Assembly: GCF_036365525.1 (NCBI RefSeq)
Contig: NC_090403.1
Coordinates: 42,657,095 to 42,721,094, forward strand
Direction of reading: 5' to 3'
DNA length: 64,000 bases
Source of the DNA: Heterodontus francisci
Lineage: Eukaryota
The translations under genes were made by a program, and so were the position numbers. Under the pieces are notes generated by a model. The model saw nothing but the letters and a program-made list of their open reading frames with translations, was not told the origin of the DNA and did not search any database. Of the stretch, positions 53,672-64,000 are shown piece after piece; position 1 is the stretch's first letter; each line of letters opens with the position of its first letter.

Positions 53672-55460
53672 ACGTAGAGGGGCATCTGTTGTTCGTGGCA
53701 TTTCTCCTGTAGCTGGCGAAGGGAGAACAGCATGTCAATGGTGGATCTCTGCTCGAAAGCCACACTGTGCCTCAAGGTAGACACGCTCAGCCAGCTTCTG
53801 GAGCCTGTTTAAAGCGACTCGAGCGAAGACTTTCCACTACCGTGGAATCTCCCTGCTCAGCACAGCATAAGTATCATCAGCTCATTCCATGACAATACGA
53901 AAGGCACAATTCAGCATAGCGGCGCCTCATCAGACCCCTTTCCTATCCTGAGTGGCGTGAAACAGGGCTGTATTCTCGCACCTACACTGTTTGGGATCTT
54001 CTTCTCCCTGCTGCTCTCACATGCGTTCAAGTCTTCAGAAGAAGGAATTTTTCCTCCACACAAGATCAGGTGGCAGGTTGTTCAACTTTGCCCGTCTAAG
54101 AGCACAGACCAAAGTACGGAAAGTCCTCATCAGTGAACTCCTCTTTGCTAACGATGCTGCATTAACATCTCACACAGAAGAGTGTCTGCAGAGACTCATC
54201 GACAGGATTGCGGCTGCCTGCAACGAATTTGGCCTAACCATCAGCCTCAAGAAAATGAACATCATGGGACAGGACTTCAGAAATGCTCCATCCATCAATA
54301 TCGGCGATCACGCTCTGGAAGTGGTTCAAGAGTTCACCTACCTAGGCTGAACTATCACCAGTAACCTGTCTCTCGATGCAGAAATCAACAAGCGTATGGG
54401 AAAGGTGTCCGCTGCTATGTCCAGACTGGCCAACAGAATGTGGGAAAATGGCGCACTGACACAGAAATCAAAAGTCCGAGTGCATCAAGCCTGTGTCCTC
54501 AGAACCTTGCTCTATGGCAGAGATGCCTGGACAACATATGTCAGCCAAGAGCGACGTCTCAATTCATCCCATCTTCGCTGCCTCCGGAGAATCCTTGGCA
54601 TCAGGTGGCAGGACCGTATCTCCAACACAGAAGTCCTCGAGGCGCCCAACATCCCCAGCAGATACACCCTACTGAGCCAGTGGCGCTTGAGATGGCTTGG
54701 CCATGTGAGCCACATGGAAGATGGCAGGATCCCCAATGACACATTGTACAGTGAGCTCGTCACTGGTATTAGACCCACCGGCCGTCCATGTCTCCGCTTT
54801 AAAGATGTCTGCAAACCCGACATGCAGTGGTTAGCACCGCAGCCTCACAGCTCCAGGGACCCGGGTTAGATTCTGGGTACTGCCTGTGTGGAGTTTGCAA
54901 GTTCTCCCTGTGACCATGTGGGTTTTTGCCGGGTTCTCCGGTTTCCTCCCACAGCCAAAGACTGGCAGGTGATAGGTAAATTGGCCATTGTAAATTGCCC
55001 CTAGTGTAGGCAGGAGGTAGGGAATATGGGATTACTGTAGGGTTAGTATAAATGGGTGGTTGTTGGTTGGCACAGACTCGGTGGTCGGCAAAGACCCAGT
55101 GGGCCGAAGGGCCTGTTTCAGTGCTATATCTCTAAATAAATAAAAGAAACGTCCTGTGACATTGATCACAACTCGTGGGAGTCAGTTGCCAGTGATCGTC
55201 AGAACTGGCGGGCAGCCATAAAGGCAGGGGTAAAGCGTGGCGAGTTGAAGAGACTTAGCAGTTGGCAGGAAAAAAGACAGAAGTGCAAGGGGAGAGCCAA
55301 CTGTTTAACAGCCCCGACAACCAATTTTATCTGCAGCACCTGTGGAAGAGATTGTCATTCTAGAATTGGCCTTTATAGCCACTCCAGGCGCTGCTTCACA
55401 AACCAGTGACCACCTCCAGGCACTTACCCATTGTCTCTCCAGTCAAGAAAGCCAAAGAAG
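53672..55460 (+). mobile_element. Second RTE LINE copy, 5'-inverted, TSD AATATTAAACA, in RUNDC1 intron 1
   Basis: Minus segment 53674-53835, plus segment 53868-55460 collinear with 35835-37030; TSD at 53661-53671 and 55461-55471. Confidence 0.9.
54824..55146 (+). mobile_element. V-domain tRNA SINE nested in RTE
   Basis: Interrupts RTE ..GACATG | ..TCCTGTGACATTGATC. Confidence 0.85.
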
Positions 55461-57815
55461 AATATTAAACATCATGGCTATTTAAAAATTTTAGATGTAA
55501 AAATGAAAATTTTGTAGACCTATGTCACTTATTAGATTACTACTGTTTAGATATTGCTTATGATGCTACCCTGAATATCACACCTGTATGTATAAATGTA
55601 TCGCAGCAATTCCACTAAAGTAGGCAGATTGGTTGCTATTAGTATTGAGGCCAAAGCAGAGTAATGGAAAAAAAGAATCAGTCATTTGTCTCCTTTAGAA
55701 GTACGAATAAAAAGAACACATAACTAAGGCTGGGTTGGATGGAGTGGGAGGGGAAAGAGTACAGCCAGCGAAACAGAACAAAAAGCTTGTTAATGCTCAT
55801 CAGGACTTTTCGCTTAAATTTTAAGTGTCGAGTTTACACCCGAATCATCATAACCTGCCTTTCCTTTTTACAGATGCCAACTGATCTGGTCTGCATTTCC
55901 AGCTTTTTCCATTTTTATGTAAGATTTCCAGCCTTTTCAGTTTCCCCCTGTTATTTTACAGTAGTAATGTAGGCTCTTGCTTCAGGTTTCCAGTAACAGC
56001 AATATTCTGAATATTTGATTTGCATAGTCACAATTTTAATAAATTTACTTGTATAATGCAAATAAGCTTTCAAAATACTCAAATTTCCCCTAGTTTAATA
56101 CTCTGAATAGTATAACATTAAAAAGATAACTTATACATTAAGTGACTTAAAGCTAACCATTCAGAAAATGCAAGAAGTATAGCAATAATCCCTTTGTGAA
56201 TTCCCACTGTAACCTTATATCCAGGACCGAAGAGTTTTGAAAAAAAACATTTAATTACTCAGGAAAAAAAGACTGCATGTCATAAAGGCAATGTGGGTTT
56301 ATTTAGGATCATTAATGCAATCTCTCAATTATCTGTCTTTCTTTAAAAACTTCAACATCCAAATTGTGGCAACAGTATTCAGATTCATTTTTGAAATACA
56401 GTACATTTGTACAAACAACTTCTGTTTGACACTTGGGATTACTCTCACAATGACACACAAATGCACACGATACAATGAGGAGGGGACAATTATTTGCTAA
56501 CATCTGTTAAGCATACAAATAAAGAATAAATTCCGCAGTTAATATTTTTTAAATTTGCTGATGAGTATTCAGCAGTTCACTATTCTATTAACAAACTATC
56601 TCACAGATGTCTGGGTGCTTGTTGAGACCCATTCTTGACAAATTCTGGATCTCAATGGGGTCATCAACAAGAAGAACCAATCACAGCCACCTAGCTTCCC
56701 TATATGGATGAACAGTTAGGGTAACTTGGAGGTAATGATTCCCTTCAGAACTGTGTTAGCAAAGTGACTTGCCAACCTTTCAGCTGAGGAATAGAATATT
56801 GCACATGGACCTAACAAGGGGAGAAAAACAATTGGAAAATGGAAACATGAGTATAGCATATAATGTGCTTTCCAAAAGAAATCTTAGAATTTGGACTCTG
56901 GCAATTTTTGTTAATTCCTATAAGATTCACAGAACCTCAAATGGTCACATGAATTACAACAATTCTGCTCAATTAATGAATTGTCAGAAAACTAATTTTG
57001 GACAAATGCCTCAAGTAAATGTGTGCTCTGCAATATTTGCACAATACCAATGACATATATAGACATAAAATTTAGCTAGCTGATGGTTATAATGCAGCAG
57101 CAGTAGATTCTTCAATATATTAATAAAAGTACATCTAATTATCCAGAATCACATTTGGTATACAAGTGGTGATGACAGGTAATTTTACATGTAACTGGTG
57201 ACAGGTAACAGAAGAGCTACACAATTTTATACAGGGACATTCTGGTACACTGAACCCATATTGTATAGTCAGATGAAACTTATATAATCAGGTAGTGTCT
57301 CTGAAATTGAGCCCACTATAATGACTAGTAGGTACATGATACAAACAGGTTAAAATCTCAACAGCCTTGTTAGGCAGGAGCTTTGTATAATGACAGTGAT
57401 AACTAAAAAATGCAATTTAAAAAAATAAGCTGTGCATTTTATTACAGCAAGTTTTCAATGAAGAATGTACAATTAGAAGTAGGTCACCTTGACGGATCTA
57501 GGCATTTTCAAAGTATTCTCAAGTTACAAGTTGGCAAACAGCAAGTGGGGGAATGGACATGCCCTTTCAACTATGGAGTTAAGAGAAGGGGGCACCCACC
57601 AGGCAGGTTTGAGTACTTCAGATTTATGATGCATTTCATGTAGTTTGTTGTGATCGTGAACACCCGCATACATTTTAAACCTGAAAAAGGTGGGCTTTTT
57701 TTGAAAAAGAAAAGTTACATTCAATCTTGGCCAGAAGTCTTTAAACTTTGCGGATCAAGCTCCGACGGCACGTTTAGTGAAACAGATGTCCCGGGTATAG
57801 GGGGCACATCCTTAC

Positions 57816-58178
57816 CGCATTGTCCAGATGCTGTCCGTCCAAGGCCCGGGTAACGAAGGGTTGGGGGCAGCCTTTGAAGGCGAAGTCCTCCAGCTCCTTC
57901 AGCAGCCGCTCCTTCTCGTCGCTCTGAGCGTTGACGATCTGCTTGAGCCGGAACTGCACCTGGGCGAAGTGCGAGGTGAGGGCGAGCAGCGACGAGTTCA
58001 GCAGCTCCTGCTCGCTCTCCAGCCGCTGCATCTTCTCCGCCATCACCGCCGCCCCGCTCACCAGGCCCGCTTCGGGCGGCCCGGCTCTCTCCGTCTCCTC
58101 GGGGCTCGCCACCGCCCCCACCGGGGCCCACCGTTCCCCGGCCAGCCTCTCGGAGTCCGACAGCGACATGTCGTCCAT
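57816..58178 (-). CDS. RUNDC1: RUNDC1 exon 1 (RUN domain-containing protein 1; total CDS 1692 nt, 563 aa)
   Basis: MDDMSLSDSERLAGERWAPVGAV..EQELLNSSLLALTSHFAQVQFRLKQIV..LEDFAFKGCP; GCG|gtaagg; CpG island; alternative ATG at 58169. Confidence 0.93.
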
Positions 58179-58229
58179 CCTGTGTCGGTTGATACTGGTG
58201 GATCTTCCCAGAGCTTCAGACCAGCCAAA

Positions 58230-58320
58230 ACACGGCCGCCATTTTTGCGGAAGCAGCGCGATTAACGTCATTGCATGACGCCACTCAGTAGCAACCAGGT
58301 ATTGGCAAGCACAGGTAAGT
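58230..58320. promoter_or_regulatory. RUNDC1 promoter (possibly bidirectional)
   Basis: GCCGCCATTTT (YY1), GCGGAAG (ETS), CGTCAT-TGC-ATGACG inverted half-CREs, GTAGCAAC (RFX half-site). Confidence 0.6.
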
Positions 58321-58569
58321 AGAGGTGTACAAGACCATTTTGCCTCTCCTGGTTAAGCTATTCAGAATGACCCCAAGCCTTATCCCCCACTATTTCAGCA
58401 ACTAATACTGCTTTTTTTTTTAAATGTCTGCCTGCACTGGCTCATTCTCAGACTCCATTCAATGTTCTGGTCACTCTTTAGCTAATAATCAACAACTTGC
58501 ATCTATATACCACCTTTGGTAGTAAAACCAAGCCGTTTCACAGGAGCATTATCAAGAAAAACGACACAG

Positions 58570-58935
58570 AATTGTTACGGTGCAGGAGGCCGCCATTCGG
58601 CCCATTGCGTCCACACCGGCTCTCTGAAAGAGCAATTCACTCTTTTCCATTCCCCCGCCTTCTCCTGTAACCCTGCATATTTTTCCTTTTCATAGAACAG
58701 TCTAATTCTTTTTTGAATGCTTCAATTGAACCAGCCCCCACTGCACTCTCGGGCAGTGCATTTCAGACCTTAAACAACTCTCTGCGTGAAAAAGCTTTTC
58801 CTCATGTCACTTTTGTTTCTTTTATCAAATACTTTAAATCTGTGCCCTCTCATTCTCGATCCTTTCACGAGTAGGAACAGTTTCTCTCTATGTACTCTGT
58901 CTAGACTCCCCATGATTTTGACTACCTCTACCAAA
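58570..58935 (-). mobile_element. CR1 3' end fragment
   Basis: AGGAGGCCGCCATTCGGCCCAT..GGCAGTGCATTTCAGA..CTCATGTCAC. Confidence 0.65.
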
Positions 58936-59024
58936 TCATAACGAGATATTGGGGCAGGTCGCCAAATTGGTAGGTTTTAAAGGGTGCCTTAAAGAAGGAG
59001 TGTGCGGTCGAAATGCAAAGAGGT

Positions 59025-60165
59025 TTTTAAAAATTTGTTCGGGGAATGTGGGCGTTGCTGGCTAGGCCAGCATTTATTGCCCATCCCTAATTGCCCTTGA
59101 GAAGGTGGTGGTGAGTCGCTGCAGTACTTGGGGTGTAGGTACGTCAACAGTGCTATTAGGAATCCAGGATCATAAGCCAGCAACAGTGAAGGAACAGCGA
59201 TTATAGTTCCAAGTAGGGATGGTGTGTGGCTTGGCTGGGAACTTGCAGGTTGTAGTATTCCAATGTAACTGCTGCCCTTGTCCTTCTGGGTGGTAGAGGT
59301 CGCAGATTTGGAAGGTACTATTGAAGAAGCCTTGGTGAGTAGCTGCAGTGCATCTTGTAGATGGCACACGCTGTTGCCATTGTGTATCTGTGGTGGAGGG
59401 AGTGAATGTTGAAGGTGGTGGATGGAATGCCAATCAAGTGGGCTGCTTTGTCCTGGATGGTGCTGAGTTTTTGAGTGTTCTTGGAGCTGCACACTTCTAG
59501 GCAAGTGGAGAGTATTCCATTACACTCCTGACTCGTGTCTTGTAGATGGTGGATAGGCATTGGGGAGACAGGAGGCGAGTTACTCACTGCAGAATTCCCA
59601 GCCTCTGACCTGCCCTTGTAGCCACGGCATTTATGTGGCTGGTCCAGTTCAGTTTCTGGTCAATGGTGACCCCCATGATGTTGATAATGGGGGATTCAAC
59701 AATAGTAATGTCATTGAATGTCAAGGGGAGATGGTTAGATTCTCTCTTGTTTGAGATGGTCATTGCCTGGCACATGTGTGGAGTGAATGTTGCTTGCCAC
59801 TTATCAGTCCAAGCCTGGATATTATCCAGGTCTTACTGCATATGGTTTGGGCTGCTTCAGTATCTGAGGAGTCGCGAATGGTGCTTAACATTGTGCAATC
59901 ATCAACAAACACCCCCACTTCTGACCTTATGATTGAAGGAAGGTCATTGATGAGGCAGCTGCAGATGGTTGGGCCTAGGACACGACCCTGAGCACCTCCT
60001 GCAGTGATGTCCTGGGACTGAGACGATTGATCTCCAATAAACACAACCATCTTCCTTTGTCCTAGGTTCCCCCCTGATTCCCATTGACTCCAGTTTTGCT
60101 AGGGCTCCTTGATGCCATACTCGGTCAAATGCTGCCTTGATGTCCAGGGCAGTCACTCTCACCTC
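59025..60165 (-). mobile_element. tRNA-headed CR1 family fragment nested in L2
   Basis: VRVTALDIKAAFDRVWHQGALAKL, CQAMTISNKRESNHLPL; L2 sequence on both sides. Confidence 0.85.
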
Positions 60166-61200
60166 TTTAGGGAAGAAATTCCAGAGAGTAGCACCCAGGC
60201 ATCTGAAGGCAGGGCTCCCAAAGGTGGAATGAAGAAAATCAGGGATGTGCAAGAGGCCAGAATTGCAGAAGCACAGAGATCTAGGAGGATTGTAGAGCTG
60301 GAGGAAGTTATAGAGTTAGGGAAGAGCGAGGCCATGGAAGGATTTTAAAACAAGCATGAGAACTTAAAAAAAGAGAGACTGCCTGACTGAGAGCCAATGT
60401 AAGCCAGAGAGCACCAGAGTGGTGGGTGAACAGGACTTCATGGAAGTCTGGATATGAGGTGTAGAGTTTTGGATAAGCTCAAATTTGTGGAGCATGGAAG
60501 ATGCCAGCTGGCCTGGAATAGTTGAGTCCCGAGGTAATGAAGGCATGGATGAGGTTTCAGGAGCAGATGGGCTGAGGCAGGAGCAGAGACTGGCGATGTT
60601 ACAGAGGTGGAAGTAGGCAGTCTTGCTAATGGGGAGGATAATGGTTAGAAGCTCAGTTCAGGGTCAAATAGAACACCAAGGTTGTGAACAGTTTAGTTCA
60701 GCCTCAGACAGTTGCCAGGGAGAGGGATGGAGTGGCTAGGGAACAGAGTTTGTGGCAGGGACCAAAGACAATGGCTTTGCTCTTCCCGATATTTAAGTGG
60801 ACGAAATGTCTGCTCATCCAATATTGGATGTTGGACAAGCAGTATGACTAATCAGAGGCAGTGGAGGGGTCAGGAGAGGTGGTGGTGAGTTGAGCTGGGT
60901 GTTGTCAGCGTATATGTGGAACCTGACATGTTTTTGGACGATGTTGTCAAGGGGCAGCTTGTAGATGAGAATAAAATAGGAATGGGCTAAGTATAGGTCG
61001 TTGGGAGATCCCAGAAATAATGGTGTGGTAACAGAAAGAAAAGCTTTTGCAAGAGATTTTCTGGCTACAACTGGATAGATAGGATTGGAACTAGGCAAGG
61101 GCATTCCCACACAGCTGGACAACAAAGAGGTGTTGAGGGAGGATAGTGTGGTCAGCCAGGTCAAAGGCTGCAGACAGGTCAAGAAGGATAAGAGGAATAG
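60165..61200 (-). mobile_element. L2 LINE ORF2 fragment
   Basis: FHIYADNTQL, IQNS..LSGLHWL. Confidence 0.78.
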
Positions 61201-61754
61201 TTTTCCACAGTGCAAATCAGTCCTAAATTTTCTTTGTATTGGTTTAAAACTATTATTCCCCTTTTCCTAATTTAAGGTAAATCTTCTGGATTTATATTTT
61301 CCTTATCATTTACAAACTTGTCCATCTCTTATAACATCTCTTGAATATCTCCTTTGAGGCTGGAGAGCCCACGTTTCTCCAGTCTTTACTCATAATGGAG
61401 ACCTTTAATATTGGGAATCATCTTTGTGGTTCTTCTTTGCACAGTTTCCTGTTTGATGAGGGAGTAGGGTTGTGTTCTTGCACAGGGAAGTCTACATTTC
61501 TTAGAGGTTTACAATGTGCTAATCCCTGTTTCCTATAGTAAGGCTACGTGATCACAGGAAAGCAGCAAACCCGAACCCAACAACATCCACCCACAAGCAC
61601 TTAACAGCAAGGTCCCTTGACAGCAATCAGGAGTGGAGAGCATGTCTAATTTGTTTTCCCTTTACAAGCCCAGGGACACAGAGGGCACTGTAGCAGTACC
61701 TGCCTTCATCACAGTTCAGGGTTCAAACTTGGTATTCTTCTGGACTGTTTACTT

Positions 61755-61925
61755 GAAAGACTTGCATTTCTATAGCATCTTTCAGAATGTCCCAAAGCAT
61801 TTTACAGCCAATTAATTACTTTTAAAGTGTAGTCACTGTTGTAATGCAGAAAATGCAGCAGCCAATTTGTACACATCCCACCAACAGCAATATAACAAGC
61901 AGATAATCTGTTTTAGTTATGTTAC
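61755..61925 (-). mobile_element. Deu-domain SINE 3' fragment
   Basis: Reverse complement of the 50160-50330 segment. Confidence 0.65.
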
Positions 61926-62632
61926 TGCATGATAACAAAGGGACCTTGCCCATGTGTGCGTGAACAAACCAAAAACAGCAAGTTACAGAACAAGGCTCAG
62001 ACAAATAAGCCAATGGTTCATGCTATGCAGTAGTAAAATCCTAAACGAGAAAGAGTATAATATGTTTAAATTAAATAAAACACACTACCACTTCTGCCTC
62101 ACTCTTCATTTCCAAACTCTGGAAATTCTGTAAGTGCTATGACAGGAATACTCAATAAAGCCAATTAATATTTGTTGCCAGGGCCCACCTTCCTTAAATT
62201 AAAAAGTAGCTACAATTAGTATTAAAAAAATAAACCATCACTTAATACAAGAGCTGGGCATGTTCCAGAACGTTTGTTTGGAGGAAAGTTTAAAAGCTGT
62301 ATTTTAGCAGCTTCTTTACAAACAAACACTGAATAGAACTGTTGCAACTGCAACTCTTGGAAATCATTAGCTCATCTTAAACCGATTTCCCAATTTTATG
62401 CACAACCAACAGTGGGAGAAAAAAATGATTTAACAACCTTCAATACCACTTGCTTACTGATTTGACTGTGATTGAAAGGGCCCTCAACTGTGTCCGGCCC
62501 ATTTCCCGCACCTCTGCTTTCACCCCTTCCCCTCCCTCCCAGAACCGCGACAGGGTTCTCCTTGTACTCACTTTCTGTCCCACCAGTCTCCACATCCAAA
62601 AGATCATCCTCTGCTATTTCCACCACGTTCAG

Positions 62633-63654
62633 TGTCAGGCAAACCCCCCACCTGCCAAGAATGAGGGAAATTAATTTTGCCACATGAACATTGATTTTAA
62701 ATTGCTGATGGTGAAGAAAGAACTTGCTTTAAAAAACAATTGGAGACTTTGGTTGGAGAGAGACAATAGCATATCAACAGACAAGTACTTCAAAGGACAA
62801 AGGAGCTATTCCCTGCTCCAATTTAATCCACAATGGACTTTTGATTACCAGACGTTGAAGCATTCCAGGCTAACTACTAAAATGGCCGAATGCACAGACA
62901 TGGTCAGGCCCGTTTAGTCACATGACTGACTGTTGGAGTTTTTTTGAATAAGGAATTTGAACTCAAGGCTGTTAGCTCCTGAACTGAGAACACCTCTTTC
63001 CTGTCTGCTCTCATCTTGCTCTCACCAGCTTCAGAAACCATCGAAGCCATATGAACCGCAAGAGAGAAGGTTTAAGAAGAATACTGGGCCCCAACGAAAA
63101 GTAAAAGCTGTCTACAATCAAGGGCTCTACGGCGAGTTGGAAACACAGAAATACTAACAAGAAACCACCCCCCCCCCCCCCACTCCCCCCACTTTTGGAA
63201 ATAAAAACAAGAAATGCTGCAAGTACTCAGCAGGTCTGGCAGCATCTATGGAGAGAGAAGCAGAGTTGACGTTTCAGGTCAGTGACCCCTCATCAGAATT
63301 GCCCCCTTTTAGTGACTGCCTCAAACCTTTCCATTTTATTTTTCTTCTGCTCTTTTCTGTCCCTATTTGCACGTGTGTATCACTTTTGCATGCTAGCATG
63401 GGCGTGTCCTATATCCGGAGGCGTTAACCATATTAGAATTTAAGTTTAAGGTTGAATAAATTTCACTTTTCCTCTGTAAACCTGAAGAAAACCTGGTATG
63501 CTCATTTCTTTGCCTTATAATTGGAAAGCTGTAAACAAGAATTCACCAAAGGGAGAGCTCAAAACACAGTGTGTTTAAAATTAAACCCTGTTACAATAAG
63601 ACCAGGCGAAGACAGCAAAAGATCCCTCGACACCTTTCTCAACTGGTCATACCA
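62633..63654. mobile_element. Solo LTR, same family as 9476-10368
   Basis: TCAG|TGTCAGG...CATACCA|CCAG (4-bp TSD, one mismatch); Penelope sequence resumes at 63655. Confidence 0.8.
63196..63300 (-). mobile_element. Penelope terminal-repeat fragment with hammerhead motif, nested in the LTR
   Basis: Matches the 27480-27576 arm; absent from the 9476 LTR copy. Confidence 0.78.
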
Positions 63655-64000
63655 CCAGCATGATGCCACTACCAAACGCATCTTCCCCTCTCCTCCCCTG
63701 TTAGCATTCCGAAGGGATCGTTCCCTCCGCAGCACCCTGGTCCACTCCTCCATTACCCCTGACACCTCATCTCCTTCCCAAGGCACGTTCCCATGCAATC
63801 GCAGGAAGTGTAATACCTGCCCTTTTACCTCCTTTCTCCTCACAATCCAAGGCTGCAAACACTCTTTTCAGGTGAAGCAGCAATTTACTTGTACTCCTTT
63901 CAACTTAGTATACTGTATTCGCTGCTCACTATGCGGTCTCTTCAACATCGGGGAAACCAGACGAAGATTGGGTGACCGCTTTGCGGAACACCTCCGCTCA

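Larger units (their letters stand above)
62455..64000 (+). mobile_element. Penelope-like element (linker and GIY-YIG endonuclease), interrupted by a solo LTR; runs off right edge
   Basis: RDRVLLVLTFCP..IQKIIL (62450-62630); FTCTPFNLVYCIRCSLCGLFNIGETRRRLGDRFAEHLRS (63886-64000). Confidence 0.85.

Noticed and set aside
57721-58278. Alternative-frame and antisense ORFs over RUNDC1 exon 1
   Set aside because: Expected shadows of a GC-rich coding exon

Overview
This is eukaryotic genomic DNA, not prokaryotic. The repeat families (V-domain HE1-like tRNA SINEs, Deu-domain SacSINE1-like SINEs, CR1, L2, RTE, Penelope) point to a cartilaginous fish (shark), which is an inference. Three intron-containing genes lie on the minus strand in the same order and orientation as human 17q21.31. 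They are RUNDC1 (5 coding exons, 58178-46646, 563 aa), RPL27 (5'TOP first exon plus 4 coding exons, 34619-26271, 136 aa) and the 5' half of IFI35 (ISRE promoter near 13.75 kb, gene runs off the left edge). Most of the rest is retroelement debris. Main leads: (1) a TE-free island in RPL27 intron 3 holding an apparent in-frame alternative last exon with its own AATAAA, plus a second stop-containing cassette exon; (2) a CR1-clade LINE with a tRNA-like A/B-box head and no room for ORF1; (3) a Penelope-derived perfect 101-bp palindrome with hammerhead-like cores and a 14-bp TSD inside RPL27; (4) two RTE LINE copies that are both 5'-inverted with clean TSDs. Exon boundaries were read by hand from splice sites. 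Repeat boundaries are approximate and family names come from recognition, not database searches.
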